Of a DNA stretch of 64,000 nt, positions 28,685 to 42,880 are shown piece after piece. A model generated the notes under the pieces. It ran no database searches and was not told the DNA's origin. It saw nothing but the letters and a program-made list of their open reading frames with translations. Position 1 is the first letter of the stretch. The number at the start of each line of letters is the position of its first letter. Source of the stretch: Eledone cirrhosa (lineage: Eukaryota). The stretch spans positions 322,834,001-322,898,000 of the forward strand of contig OZ024740.1 of the NCBI GenBank assembly GCA_964016885.1, written 5' to 3'. Both the position numbers and the translations under genes were made by a program.

Positions 28685-29735
28685 GGCCGGTAGAGGGTCT
28701 GATGCCATGCTTTGCAGCAAAGAGTTTCGGCCCTTTATGGTCTGAGTTCAAATCACGCCGAGGTTAACTTTGCCTTTCATCCTTACAGGGTCGATAAAAA
28801 AAGTACCAGTAATACACTGGGATAATTGCTGGCCTTGGGCCGAAAGTAGAAACAATTATTATGGTTAAGGGCGTTGGATTGGCAGTATCAGTATAGGGTT
28901 GAATGCCATGCTTTGCAGCAAGAGTTATGGCTCTTTATGATCTAAGTTCAAATCCCGCCGAGGTTAACTTTGTCTTTCATCCTTACGGAGTCGATAAAAT
29001 AAAGTACCAGTAATGCGCTGGAGTAATTGCTGGCTTTGTGCCAAAAGTAGAAACATTAGTATGGTTAATCCTTGGATTGGCAGTATCGTTAGAGCGTCGG
29101 ACAACATGCTTCGTGGCATAGATGTACGTCTCTTTACGTTCTGACGAAGTTAGTTTTACCTTTCATCTTTACTGGGTCGATAAAATAAAGTACCAGTCAC
29201 ACACTGGCGTCGATTTAATCGACTTGCCCCTCCCCCAAAATGGCTGGCCTTGTGCCTAAATCAGAAATCAATATTATGGTTGGTCCTTCTTATATATAAT
29301 CATTTCCACGTGCCAGTAATCAATATAAAGTACTGAATTTCTCTTATGCAAACCAGTAATTTATCAAACTGAAAATTTCTCTGTTTGTATGAGTGTTCAG
29401 ATATCTGGTAACCCTGATATATATGGTACAGCAATTCTGGACAAAATTGCCGTCATTTTGACAGCACAATTCCACTTGTACTGTAATAAAGACATTTGTC
29501 TGACAGGGACGCTAAACACCAAGACTACATTATTTTTCTTGCAGAGTGGTGGATTGGCAGTATCGGTAGAGGGTCGGACGCCATGCTTTGAAACACAGAG
29601 TTACGTCCCTTTACGGACTGAGTTCATATCCCGCCGAGGTTAATTTTGCCTTTCATCCTTACGGGGTAGATAAAATAAAGTACCAGTAATGGACTGGGTA
29701 ATTGCTGGCCTTGTGCCAAACGTAGAAACAATTAT
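28685..29735 (+). mobile_element. SINE family 1 cluster (tandem trimer plus a single copy)
   Basis: Copies at about 28685, 28868, 29073 and 29545, with A/B-box remnants and the core. Confidence 0.8.
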
Positions 29736-29740
29736 TTCTC

Positions 29741-29960
29741 TTGCAGTTGTCTCGTCTTTCTATATTGAGAATTAAGCGGAAAGAGACCCGCAAGGTAGTG
29801 TGGCTGTTGCAGCGGGTGTCGCTGGTCATTGACCGCGGAAATGCTTTTGCGGTATTGTCCGTGGTGCGTAGCTCCAACGCCGCCGAGCTCTAGGCTCAAC
29901 CTAGAGCCCATCATCTTTCCCCTCCCCCTCCCATTCTTTTGTGGCCCTAGAGCCCTTGCT
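29741..29960 (+). pseudogene. 3' fragment of a CRE-like RLE retrotransposon
   Basis: 29741-29893 translates as ...ETRKVVWLLQRVSLVIDRGNAFAVL..., resembling the L.QR.S..I.RGNA C-terminal motif of CRE-like elements. The segment is a GC-rich island. Confidence 0.55.
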
Positions 29961-30127
29961 TTACCCTTCCTTTTCCCTATTTAAATATATGTTTGTGTTT
30001 TTCTAATTATTTTATAGTCATTCATTCATATAGCTACTCATTTATTAAATTGTGTATATTTCTAAATATTCTATTGGAATACAGTCAGTATCCTTTGTGG
30101 ATTATAATTAGAATGATTAAAATCATT

Positions 30128-30455
30128 CGAGGTTGACTTTGCCTTTCATCCTTACGGGTTCGATAAAATAAAGTACCAGTAATGAACTGGGTAATTGCTG
30201 GCCTTGTGCCAAAAAGAAGAAACAATTATAATTAATTATCATCAATTAATATATTACTAATTAATTGTTTCTACTTTAGGCACAAGGCCAGCAATTACCC
30301 AGTGCATTACTGGTACTTTATTTTATCGACCCCGTAAGGATGAAAGACAAAGGCAAAGTCAACCTCGGCGGGATTTGAACTCAGATCGTAAAGGGACGTA
30401 ACTATGCTGGAAAGCATGGCGTCCGACCCTCTACCGATACTGCCAATCCACCGCC
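30128..30455. mobile_element. Tail-to-tail SINE family 1 pair
   Basis: A partial plus-strand copy at 30128-30230 and a full minus-strand copy at 30262-30455. Confidence 0.8.
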
Positions 30456-30755
30456 AATTACTAATTAATATACCTGAAATAGATTCCTCTTTCTTAAAAT
30501 TAATGGACGTGAATGGCTAAACATATCATTAACATCAGAATCATCATTATCATCCTCCTCCTTCTTTCACCTCTCCGTCTCCTCCTCTTTTCCATTAACA
30601 TCATCATCGCCATCATCATCATCGTCGTAGTCATTATCATCATCATCATCGTCATCGCTGCCGTTGTCATGGTCACCATGTCCTCCCCACACTCACACAA
30701 GACTGAAGATTGCAGTAGCATGAAACTCGAGAAAAAAAAAAGAAAACAAAAAAGG

Positions 30756-30847
<92 letters not shown>

Positions 30848-30910
30848 CGCACACACACACATATATATCTATACGTATACAATTATGTACACACACATAT
30901 ATAAAGACAT

Positions 30911-30958
<48 letters not shown>

Positions 30959-31103
30959 TTAGGTTTGTTGGTTCACCACTGGATAGAACTGGTCATTCCG
31001 TACAGACAACCTTGATTAAATATTAGGGAGAGCACTCGACGTAACGCAACTCACCCGTCTTCGTTTGTGTTGTTGGTGGTGCAAGTACGGAGTTAATTAT
31101 AAA

Positions 31104-31246
31104 ATAACAGGAGGCTGGACTGGTGTAATTCCTTAAAGGTTTATTATACTATGAACATTTCAATGCAAGCTTGATGTAATATTAGGGTCATTGAAATGTT
31201 CATAGTATAATAAACCTTTAAAGAATTACACCAGTCCAGCCTTCTG

Positions 31247-31250
<4 letters not shown>
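31104..31250. repeat. Fold-back mini-element with 62-bp arms, abutting (TA)n
   Basis: 31104-31165 pairs with 31189-31250. The right arm starts CATT-GAAA-TGTTCA-TA (hammerhead 3' half). A related copy lies at 5175-5255. Confidence 0.85.
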
Positions 31251-31290
<40 letters not shown>

Positions 31291-31542
31291 TATGTGTAGG
31301 CTTCTACATAACCTGGACATTATTTTCCCAACTTGTAGAAAACTTATAATGAAACGATCGTTTGGAAAGGGAGATGTATTTAATTATGTCTCATATAAAA
31401 TAATACAACTAGCTATCCGCAAAATACGTATAGTTAGCACCCCAAACGTATAATTGGGATTATACTAAGGTATATCCTAATGTTTGTTGAGTGAGACGGA
31501 AGTCAGTCGGAGTATTGCTTAAAGCTTTCTCTGTTAATATAT

Positions 31543-31605
<63 letters not shown>

Positions 31606-31883
31606 GACCATGGGATTTGCACTTAGATTTGCACAAGTCCGGGCAATGTTGTTTGTGAAAGACCAGCAGTCGTCCATGCTTACCAGTCACCCCTCTCGGC
31701 TGATGTTGTCCAAGGGAAAGGCTAATGGCCGATATAGCTTGGCACCAGTGACGTCGCAACTCATTTCTACAGCTAAGTGACCTGGAGCGACGTGTCTTGC
31801 TCAAGAACACAACGCAAAGCCCGGTCCAGGAATCGAACTCATAACCTCACGATTGTAAGCCCGACGCTCTAACCACTAACCCT

Positions 31884-31990
<107 letters not shown>

Positions 31991-32125
31991 GTTTAATCTA
32001 TACATATAAAAATTTATATTGATTATGTTACTCAACAAGTGAGTACATTTATTTGTTGTTCTATATATATGTACATAATACTAGTAATTTCTCAACTTGA
32101 TATATGAAAAAAGACATTTGGGTAT

Positions 32126-32187
<62 letters not shown>

Positions 32188-32539
32188 GTGTGTCTGTGTG
32201 TGTGTATGTTTACGTGTACATTTTTATATCCTCTACCTATTGATCAGTAGAAAACAATAAATATTTATACTTTTTCCAAAAATTCAAAATATTAAATAAG
32301 AGATCAGAATAGATCGAGACGTAATCGAACATTCAGAGATCAAAGGACGATTTTAAGTCTTTCACTTCGAGTCAAAAGTCTGATCAGAAATAACGTCTGT
32401 ATATTTAAAGACCAGTTTTAACAATAAGCTGCGGATTAAAAGTTAATGAATATATAATCATAGATATATACATCATGTAATAGGGTCAGTATATACTATA
32501 TATATAGTGGAAATATATTGCACTTATTATATAAACAGG

Positions 32540-32728
32540 GCGGTGGATTGGCAGTATCGGTAGAGGGTGGGACGCCATGCTTTGACTCATAGAGTTACAG
32601 CACTTGCCATTCTGAGTTCAAATCCCGCCGAGGTTAACTTTGCCTTTCATCCTTACGGGGTCGATAAAATAAAGTACCAGTAATGTACTGATTAATTGCT
32701 GACCTAGTGCCAAAAGTAGAAACAATTA
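32540..32728 (+). mobile_element. SINE family 1
   Basis: A box, B box, core and tail are present. Further copies lie at 33408-33598, 33698-33793, 49006-49188 and 51417-51512. Confidence 0.85.
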
Positions 32729-32967
32729 TATAAACAGCTGCATATACGTGAAATAAATCGTGACCCCAGCACGTTAACTACTTGTCTGTTATGAGGTTGA
32801 CGATCACATAGCTACTATATTCAACAGATTGAAATCCCCACTACAATCCAAACTACTAGATCAGTAACTAGAAAATGAAATGGACTCTAAATGAATAAAA
32901 AACAATGAATAACAGTAATAATTCTTTCTTTTCTTTCTCTCTCTTTCTTTCCTTCTTTCTTTTTTCT

Positions 32968-33043
<76 letters not shown>

Positions 33044-33169
33044 TTTTTCTTTCTTTCTTCTTTCTCTTTTCTTTCTTTTTTCTTTTTTTCTTTCTCTCTC
33101 TCTCTTTCTTTCCTTCTTTCTTTTCTTCTTTCTTTCTTTCTTTCTCTCAATCTTTCATTCTTTCTTTTT

Positions 33170-33229
<60 letters not shown>

Positions 33230-33328
33230 TCCTTCTTTCCTTCTTTCTTTCCAGCTTTCTTTCTTTCTTTCTTTCTTTCATTCTTTCATTCTTTCATTCT
33301 TTCATTCTTTCATTCTTTCTTTCTTTTT

Positions 33329-33399
<71 letters not shown>

Positions 33400-33799
33400 C
33401 TCATCCATTGGTGGATTAGCAGTATCGATAGAGCGTTAGACACCATTCTTTGCAGTATGGAGTTAGGGCCATTTACGTTCTGAGTTCAAATCCTGCCGAG
33501 GTTAGCTTTGCTTTTCATCCTTACGGAGTCGATAAAATAAAGTACCAGTAATGCACTGGGGTAATTGCTGGCCTTGTGCCAAAAGTAGAAACAATTATTT
33601 ATTTTCAATGTTTCTACTCCTCAAAACACATCAATATTTCTCCATGTAGCCATCAAGACTTAATAATATAGAAATAATAATTGGTTCATCGTAACATTAA
33701 TTGTTTCTACTTTTTTGGCACAAAGCCAGCAATTACCCAGTGCATTACTGGTACTTTATTTTATCGACCCCGTAAGGATGAAAGGCAAAGTTAATGTGG

Positions 33800-34272
33800 A
33801 AGTGTTAGGGTTAACTGTTACATGGGAACCATGAAAGGTTTTGTGGCTAAATACATGGATGTTGTGTTATATGGTCTTGACTGTGTTAATTGGACGACAA
33901 GGTCACTTCAGAAGCTCTCTACATTCCAGAACCACACCATGAGACTTATGACTGGGAAGCGGCTCAGCGACCGTATCTGTATCAGTGAGCTGCTGAACAT
34001 TACCAAACTTAGACCAATTGCATCAATTGTCAAGTCAAGAGTACTCAACCTATACGGCGATATAAAAAGATCAACTCATGCCTGGAAGAAAGGTTGGCTG
34101 GTAGGAGAAGCAGAAACCGATAGCCAAAACGATGGCTTGACAATGTCAACCGATGGACTGGACTTCATCTTTGCTCTTTGAACTCTGCTGCTGGTGATCG
34201 AACTTTGTGGAGAGAGATATCACATGTTAGTGCGCAGTCTGCAACTGGCCGAGTTTAGCGTCACAAGAGAGA
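33800..34272 (+). pseudogene. RTE-like LINE 3' fragment
   Basis: VVLYGLDC.NWT..LQKLSTFQNHTMRLM...SELL...IVKSRVLNLYGDIKR, then GRRSR..PKRWLDNV after a frameshift. Confidence 0.7.
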
Positions 34273-34319
34273 AATGGTTGTAATCTTTTATGTGTGGTTT
34301 GTAGTGAATATAATGGATG

Positions 34320-35610
34320 TATGCGGAGTTGTATAACGGAGTATGTGTGATGGTATGATAGCGTGCTTGTGTGTGACTGTGTATATATGTGTATGTATGT
34401 GTGTGGGTGTGTGAGGGTGTATGTGTATGTACGTGTCTATATCGGTGTATGTATGCGTGTGTATCTTTGTGGGTGTATGTGTATGTACGTGTGTATTTGG
34501 GCGTGTATGTATGCGTGTATATGTGTGTGGGTGAATGTGTATGTACGTGCGTAAATGGGTGCATGTATGCGTGTGGATGTGTGAAGATGCATGTGTATGC
34601 GTGTGTATATGGGTGTATGTATGCGTATGTATGTGTGTGGGTGAAGGTGTATGTACGTGTGTATATGGTTGTATGTATGCGTGTGTGTGTATGTGGGTGT
34701 ATGTGTATGTACGTGTGTATATGGGTGCATGTATGCGTGTGGATGTGTGAGGATGCATGTGTATATGCGTGTGTATATGGGTGTATGTATGCGTATGTAT
34801 GTGTGTGGGTGAAGGTGTATGTACGTGTGTATATAGTTGTATGTATGCGTGTGTGTGTATGTGGGTGTATGTGTATGTACGTGTGTATATGGGTGCATGC
34901 ATGCGTGTGGATGTGTGAGGATGCATGTGTATATGCGTGTGTATATGGGTGTATGTATGCGTATGAATATGTGTAGGTGAATGTGTATGTACGTGTGTAT
35001 TTGGGCGTTTGTGTATGCGTGTATATGTATGTGGGTGAATGTGTATGTACGTGTGTATTTGGGCGTGTGTGTATGCGTGTGTATGTGTGTGGGTGAATGT
35101 GTATGTACGTGCGTAAATGGGTGCATGTATGCGTGTGGATGTGTGAAGATGCATGTGTATGCGTGTGTATATGGTTGTATGTATGCGTGTGTGTGTATGT
35201 GGGTGTATGTGTATGTACGTGTGTATATGGGTGCATTCATGCGTGTGGATGTGTGAGGATGCATGTGTATGTACGTGTGTATATGGGTGTATGTATGCGT
35301 ATGAATATGTGTGGGTGAATGTGTATGTACGTGTGTATTTGGGCGTGTGTGTATGCGTGTGTATGTGTGTGGGTGTATGTGTATGTACGTGTGTATATGG
35401 GTGCATGTATGCGTGTGGATGTGTGAGGATGCATGTGTATGTACGTGTGTATATGGGTGTATGTATGCGTATGAATATGTGTGGGTGAATGTGTATGTAC
35501 GTGTGTATTTGGGCGTGTGTGTATGCGTGTGTATGTGTGTGGGTATTTGTGTATGTTCGTGTGTATATGGGTGTATGTGTATGTATGTGAGTAGGAATAT
35601 GTGTGTGTAT
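34320..35610. repeat. Complex GT-rich minisatellite
   Basis: Repeated GTATGTACGTGTGTATATGGGTGCATGTATGCGTGTGGATGTGTGA blocks. Confidence 0.9.
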
Positions 35611-35910
35611 AGATGTTTGTGAGAGAAAGAGCGTTAGGAAAAGAGTTACTCGGTTATATCGTTGAAGCATACACGTAAAAAGAAACAAGTATTACACACA
35701 AATATACGAAATATATACATAAAACTATACACATATGTCCCCTTACACGCTCATATAAATGTGTGTAGTGTATTGGTGTGTGTGTGTGTGTGAGATTATA
35801 CTTATGTTTTTATCAGAAGAATATTTAACAACCATACAATATATATATATCTTCTCAAATATTTTCATAACCTACTACACACACATATGTTTACACACAC
35901 ACACACACAT

Positions 35911-36052
<142 letters not shown>

Positions 36053-36285
36053 ATATATATGTATGTATATATATAAAGGATAACAAAATATCGTTATAGG
36101 TAATCCAATTAAAGGTTGTGAATACTTCTTATTATGGATAGTTTTAGCGTACGGCGTTGCTTGACTCAACAAGAGGATTACATAGATGATTTCACTTATA
36201 TTCCTATGTAAGTTTATCTTGGAGTAATAAAATTGAAAAAGTGGAGAATAACATGGTCAACAGTACACAAAAGGGGATTTATTTG

Positions 36286-36395
36286 CAGTCTAACAATTGT
36301 TTCACTGATAGAGATGTCTAAAAATTGCTGAACACTAAAAGCAGTGCCACTGAATTTTAAATACGATGTTAACTCTATTTGATCTTCAGAAACTG
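36286..36395 (-). ncRNA. Hammerhead-like motif with a long stem II
   Basis: Minus strand: CAGTTT-CTGAAGA-..ATAGAG...CTCTAT..-GAAA-CAATTG-TT-AGACTG. The base of stem II is mismatched. Confidence 0.55.
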
Positions 36396-37108
36396 TTAAA
36401 AACATATATATGTAACCGGCAAAATTAGAAATTCAAATTACATCATCAGTAATAATATTAATAATAAAGATATAGAGAGAAAAGGAGGAAGAAAGGGAGA
36501 TAGATACAGTAAAGAAAGAAAGGAAAGGAAGGAGAAAGAAGAAGAAGAAGAAGGGAAAAGGAAAAGAGAAAGAAAAAGAAAAGGAGAAATTATTATAGAT
36601 AGAAATATAAAGAGAGGAAGATATATAGAAGATGATGGCAGATAGAGGAGAGACAAACATAAGTAAAAATAACGTAGGATTTCATTTTTTCCATTTATCG
36701 TTCTCGGTACGCCCGGCCGACTAACTCACTCGATATGCAAATTAGGCTACTCAGCCGTTAATATGCATAAGGAAAGTATATACTTTCAAACGTTCAATCA
36801 ACTGACAGGAAGGTATACGGTGCTGATGACAGCTAATAAGTTGTCAGTGTTGAACAAAATGGCAACGATGGTTGCCGAACACTGTACGGCTAATAATTCG
36901 GGCTGTTTCTTTACAAACAAACCGAGCATTATAATAAATGTTCGGAAAACCCATACGTACATATATATATATGTGCGCATGTATATATGTATATACAGAC
37001 TACTGTACGTCTGTATACATATATGTATGCACGTATACATACTTATATTTAAGTATCAGCCGTACTAAGAGTGAGAAATGAAATTTCATGTTTTCCATTT
37101 ATGCATAT

Positions 37109-37193
<85 letters not shown>

Positions 37194-37554
37194 TTTCAAT
37201 ATATATATACATATATTTATGTATATATATGGATATTCAATGTGTCGTATTTATTTTTTCCTATTTTTATCTTTATTTTCCTCCTTATGAATGTCTGCTC
37301 ATATGGCAGGAAAGCATGGAAGGAAATTAAAATGCATTGTAATGTCACCTGTTGACCTACATCCATCCATTTTCTAGATGAATAAATATTACCCTGTCAG
37401 AGAATCCTTAAATGGTTTTCAGCAGCGCTTTTCATTGGCGGGCTGATATCGTCTGCTAAATATTAAAAGGGATTTGGGACTTAACTAGATGGAAACACAC
37501 AAATACAAAACGATTAGGAACACAACTACTGTTCAAAGAACTCGCGTGTGTGTG

Positions 37555-37628
<74 letters not shown>

Positions 37629-37678
37629 AGTGTGTATGTGTGCATATGTATGTATATATATGTATGTATGTATGTATG

Positions 37679-37711
<33 letters not shown>

Positions 37712-37865
37712 GTATATATTTATATGTATATATATATATGTATATAGGAAAAAGTATGACCCCGACGGCAGAGCTCAAGCTGTAGAAATCAAGCCACAGT
37801 CAGTTCCCGTCCCACCCTTGCAAGCAGGGAAAAGCGGACGTAAAATGATGATGATGATGATGATT

Positions 37866-37909
<44 letters not shown>

Positions 37910-37939
37910 CTCTCTCCCCCTCTCTCTCTCTCACTCTCA

Positions 37940-37996
<57 letters not shown>

Positions 37997-38179
37997 AATG
38001 GTGGAAAGATAGCGTGAGAGAAACAGAGAGAGGGAGAAAAGGAAAGAGAAGGAGAAGAAAGAGGAAGATATAAGAGAAAGAGAAACGGAAATGTTCGTCC
38101 ATATCATCATCATCACCATCTTATACACACATATATATATATATATATATATATGTTTACATACACACATACACGTGCT

Positions 38180-38213
<34 letters not shown>

Positions 38214-38427
38214 TGTGTGTATGTGTGTGTGCGTGAGTGAGCGAGTGTGTGTGTGTTTGTGTGTGTGTGCGTGTGCATGTGTGTGTCAGCATGTTTTTAT
38301 ACAAAACTACATTCTTATTGATTTCTTTTCCTGTTTACGTTTTTCTTTAAGTCTGAGTTGAATGAACAGTTAACCACGAATGAACTGTTCACCATAAATT
38401 AACTGTCAGCCAGAACAATAGCTTGTA

Positions 38428-38712
38428 GAGGCGCGTGGCTTAGTGGTAAGATTGTTGGATATACGATCATAATGTCGTTGGTTCGATTCCTGGACTGGGT
38501 TGGATGTTATATTCTTGAGCAAAACACTTCATTTCAAATTGCTCCAATATACTCAACTGAAAATGAGTACCAGCAATAGCTGGGGGTTTAACACTACGAT
38601 AAACTGGTGTCTTGTCCAGGGTGAGTCGTATGCTCTCAGTCACCTAACGCCACGGAAACCAGGATAACCACCCGCCTGATAAGCCTCCCGGCCTGAGACA
38701 GACTTTAGATAG
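38428..38712 (+). mobile_element. tRNA-derived SINE family 2
   Basis: A box GTGGCTTAGTGG, B box GGTTCGATTCC, core CTTGAGCAAAACACTT...AAAATGAGTACCAG and tail ACTTTAG. Related copies lie at 58048-58322 (-), 31605-31880 (-), 51080-51360 (-) and 28370-28660. Confidence 0.75.
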
Positions 38713-38874
38713 CTATAGCTTACTACACAGTTAAACATAAATCAAATCAACCATAACTATAAGTTACTACACAGTTAAGTATGAATTAGGAATTAACCAT
38801 AACTACAAAGTATCTATTAGTTAATTATGAATCAACAGTTAACCATGACTATAAATTATCACATAGTTAGCCAT

Positions 38875-38939
38875 GAAACGTGTCCTCCGCTGTTCGTTGT
38901 TTTGATATTCAAAACAACGAACAGCGGAGGACACGTTTC
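38875..38939. repeat. Perfect hairpin with 31-bp arms and a TAT loop
   Basis: GAAACGTGTCCTCCGCTGTTCGTTGTTTTGA-TAT-TCAAAACAACGAACAGCGGAGGACACGTTTC. Confidence 0.95.
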
Positions 38940-39272
38940 GCACCTTTCCGACAGACAACCCCCCCCCCCCCCCCGAAAAACCTTCCAGTTGATGGATGTG
39001 AATCCGAAATATATAGGGACAATTAAATCTCCCCAAGGTAATTCTATCTCGTGTTATTATTATTGTTATCCTTTACGCTCCTTCCTACACTCTTCTAAAC
39101 ACTACACATCTCAACCTACATTCACTTACATCTCTCTCTCCAACACCGTATCTTGTTACCCGGAGATTTACCCATCTGCATTGTTGAGGCTTCCAAAACG
39201 ACCTAAAGAAATATATATATATAAAATAAGTAAGTCAAATATGTTAAATTTGGCTTCGTTTATTATAAATTC

Positions 39273-39330
39273 TCTGCTATATATATTTTAGTGACAGCCA
39301 TTACTGGCTGTGACCTCTTCATCAGACCGA
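39273..39330 (-). ncRNA. Degenerate hammerhead (GAAA to AAAA)
   Basis: Minus strand: TCGGT-CTGATGA-AG..ACAGCCA gtaa TGGCTGT..CT-AAAA-TATATA-TA-GCAGA. Confidence 0.45.
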
Positions 39331-39499
39331 ATTAATGTAGAAAGAACAGGTAAACATGGTGTTGAAATGTGTTCAAATTTTTCAAGTTCTTTTCCCCATA
39401 TGATACCCCATCCAATGGATGTCCGGGGACAACTCACCGTGCACCCCCCCCCCCTGTGCACGCTACCGCTCCTGAAGATCATAACGCGGGTGTCTGGAA

Positions 39500-39654
39500 A
39501 CTTTGACAAAATTATGGTCTTGTTATTCAAAACGTACAGTAGAAGCTGTATTAGAAAATATAAGATTCTGACGAATAAGTTGAAACTAGAAACTAGTTGT
39601 GTCTTCAACAACTTATGTAGAAAAGAGCTATTCCCTGTATATACGAATATCTAA
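39500..39654 (+). pseudogene. Possible PLE ORF N-terminal remnant
   Basis: IRKYKILTNKLKLETSCVFNNLCRKELFPVYTNI resembles the RK.EK...K......FN..C....L.P.YTNI N-terminal motif recalled from PLE ORFs. Confidence 0.4.
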
Positions 39655-40426
39655 ATCTACTGATATATTATGTAGTTTAGCATAGCGTATAAAAAGCAAT
39701 AATTTATTAATTAATAATAATTTAATAATCGATCTACCGGCCAAGAAAGTGTTATATTAGCTACCGTATTTCCCGGCATCGAAGACGCTATTTTTGATTG
39801 TTGACATGTGTACACGTGCCGTGGTGGTCTCTCTGTCCGCAATCTTTGCGGCACGTTTTTACCACCGTCGTAAAAAAAACCCTTCTGGATTACCTCCCTT
39901 TCCCTTCTCCTCACTTTTGGTTGCTCGTGTCTCTCTCTCACTTTCTCCTGTCTATGTGAGAGGCCGCACGATTATACCAGCTCTGAGTCGTAGCTGACCA
40001 CCAGGCTAAAGTCTCCCAGGCTGGCCACAACTTACTTTCCCTATTTTTCCACGGTTACTTTTTTGCATGTTTCTTTCAACTGTCTTCCCACGATGGGACC
40101 TGTACACTTTTTTTTCTCCTATTCCTTTCCTATTTTTTCCCCTTTTCCTTTCGCCCTTTCTTCCTCTCTCCTCAAGCCCCCTGTGCTTCCTCCTACCCTC
40201 TCTTTCCTTTTCTCTCTCCTTTTTTTCTCCCATTTTTTCTCTTTTTCTCACTCCTTTTCCACCTGGCCTTTTGATTAATAAAAGGGTTCGGGCGCACCCG
40301 AACTACACCGATGTCCTGTAATTCAGCGCCGAAACATCGGATCGGGAAACATTTACAGCTGACGATGGAAACTCCTTTCTTCCTTTCTCCTTTTCTCCTC
40401 TTGTTCCGTTCTAACCACCATCCTAA

Positions 40427-40493
<67 letters not shown>

Positions 40494-40530
40494 ATATATT
40501 TATATATACATACTAATATATCTATATATA

Positions 40531-40622
<92 letters not shown>

Positions 40623-40642
40623 GTATGCATATATACATACTA

Positions 40643-40731
<89 letters not shown>

Positions 40732-40751
40732 GTATGCATATATACATACTA

Positions 40752-40783
<32 letters not shown>

Positions 40784-40792
40784 TATATATAT

Positions 40793-40980
40793 AAAAGAGT
40801 AGGACCCCGACGGCAGAGCTCAAGCCGTTTCTACGGCTATTTCTGGGTCCAGAAATAGCCGTCGAAACGGCTTGAGCTCTGCCGTTGGGGGTCATACTTT
40901 TTCCTATTTCCTATTCTACTACCCTAAGTATTGAGTACTCTGGTGCATCTGGTTCCTTACCACAATTCCTTTGTTATCTA
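40793..40980 (+). mobile_element. Family-B fold-back mini-element between (TA)n tracts
   Basis: Arms 40793-40846 and 40849-40905. It is a close reverse-complement match to the 24441 element. Confidence 0.8.
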
Positions 40981-41091
40981 TATGTATATATATTTATATA
41001 TATGTATATATATATTTATATATATGTATATATATATTTATATATATGTATATATATATATATACTAATATATATATATATGAAATAATGT

Positions 41092-41931
41092 TTGCTGCCG
41101 TTTATTTATCTATTATTTCTTCATAGGTGCCTTTTAATCTTATAGCCTGGTCTAATTGATTTTTTGTGTGGTTAATTATGCTAATTGGGAGAGGAAATGG
41201 TGTATATATATTATCAAATGATTCTATGGACATACTTTATAGTATATTGCTCTGATTATTTAATTTATTAATTCTTCATTGAGCCACATCGTGAATGGTT
41301 GCCAAAACACACATATATATATCTGTGACTTTGTCCAGATTGTGTATATGTAAATCTTTATATGTAATAATCTCCCATAAGGTTGAGATGTAATTTGGGC
41401 AATATTGGGCTGCGCTTTCTAGCAACCAACCCACTCGCCGTAAGTAACCAATCACATTCTTTCTAACTTGACCACTGCCACGTCACAATTCTTAGCCATT
41501 TTGAATTCGTGTCTGGCGGGGACCACTTTAGAAAATAATCTGTCCTAACGAGTTTGTCTCCTGATGAATTCGAAGCTCGAGATTTTATCCTTAATAGGAT
41601 ATATCAAAATGCGAATGAAACCCGAGGGTAGGGACATAATCCTGGTATGTGTATAAGCATTTCTTCGAACTTTAATTTTATACCTAATTGTGTATGGTTG
41701 ACGGTATATTTAATCGATTTCCACGTGCTGTTGAAATGTTGGGTAAATATTCTATGGCGATTGGCCTCGAAGAGATTGCTGTCGTTTATTTATCTACTAT
41801 TTCTTCATAGGTGCCTTTTAATCTTATAGCCTGGTCTAATTGATTTTTTGTGTGGTTAATTATGCTAATTGGGAGAGGAAATGGTGTATGTATATTATCA
41901 AATGATTCTATGGACATACTTTATAGTATAT
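41092..41931 (+). mobile_element. Non-coding element with 156-bp terminal direct repeats and an internal hammerhead (partial-tandem pLTR or retrozyme-like)
   Basis: 41092-41247 matches 41776-41931 with few mismatches, giving a 684-bp unit. (TA)n lies on both sides. Confidence 0.75.
41555..41636 (+). ncRNA. Type I hammerhead ribozyme, intact core
   Basis: TGTCTC-CTGATGA-ATTCG...CGAAT-GAAA-CCCGAGG-GTA-GGGACA. All three stems pair. Confidence 0.8.
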
Positions 41932-41975
41932 ATCTATATATATATATATATATAATATATATATATATATATACA

Positions 41976-42034
<59 letters not shown>

Positions 42035-42042
42035 TATATACA

Positions 42043-42076
<34 letters not shown>

Positions 42077-42261
42077 GATAAATCTACCAAGAGTTTACGG
42101 TAGTGTCCAATCCGTATGAAGAACTCAATGTATTCCGGATATCATGGAAAGAAGAGATGTAATGAAAATCCACTTTCGGTGAAAGATAAACGGTATACAG
42201 AGTCAAGATAAAATATTAAACAAATAATGAACAAACAATTCCTTATATTAAACAAAAAAAG

Positions 42262-42416
42262 TTCACTATTTAACGATCGTTTCTAGGGCATATATGTGTT
42301 ATAATTGGTATGCATATTTAACAGATCTATGTACAAAATTATACAAAATTATACAAATTATCAAGATTAAATATACATACCTAACTCATATATACGCCGT
42401 CTTCAGAAATAATGAA
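42262..42416 (-). ncRNA. Hammerhead-like motif in the inverted pLTR
   Basis: Reverse complement of 46255-46409. Confidence 0.6.
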
Positions 42417-42880
42417 GTATATTTATTGATAATAACAACAATTCAAAATATCAGTTCAAAATTGACCAATGAAAACACAAAGGGTTAAAAGCAGTTTGGT
42501 GTGTGTATACACATGCAAAAACCTTACACATATTTTACAATAATGTGTGTATAATTTGCATGTGTATACTAAAAAGATGGATGCAAACACAAAATTTCAA
42601 GGTTAATATCTCTGTAAGTTTAATGCGCTGATAAGATACGCAAAGATACTTATGGAGTCAAGCATATAAATATATTTTTTTCATACTCACACATATCAGT
42701 ATAATCACACATACATGTGCGTATATGCATAAATATACACATAACCACGAACATACAAACACACACACTCCCCCACTCACATTTATATATGTGGATATAA
42801 AATGCATAAATATACACATAACCACGAACATACAAACACACACACTCCCCCACTCACATTTATATATGTGGATATAAAAT

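Noticed and set aside
32540-32630. tRNA gene
   Set aside because: A and B boxes are present but continue into a SINE core and tail with no complete cloverleaf.
36214-36405. Host exon (minus-strand ORF with an acceptor-like site)
   Set aside because: No recognisable protein, and the segment is better explained by a hammerhead-bearing repeat between microsatellites.
42105-42200. Further hammerhead-like traces (also near 31330, 32350, 39470 and 50140)
   Set aside because: Each has two or more core or stem defects and is not distinguishable from chance by eye.
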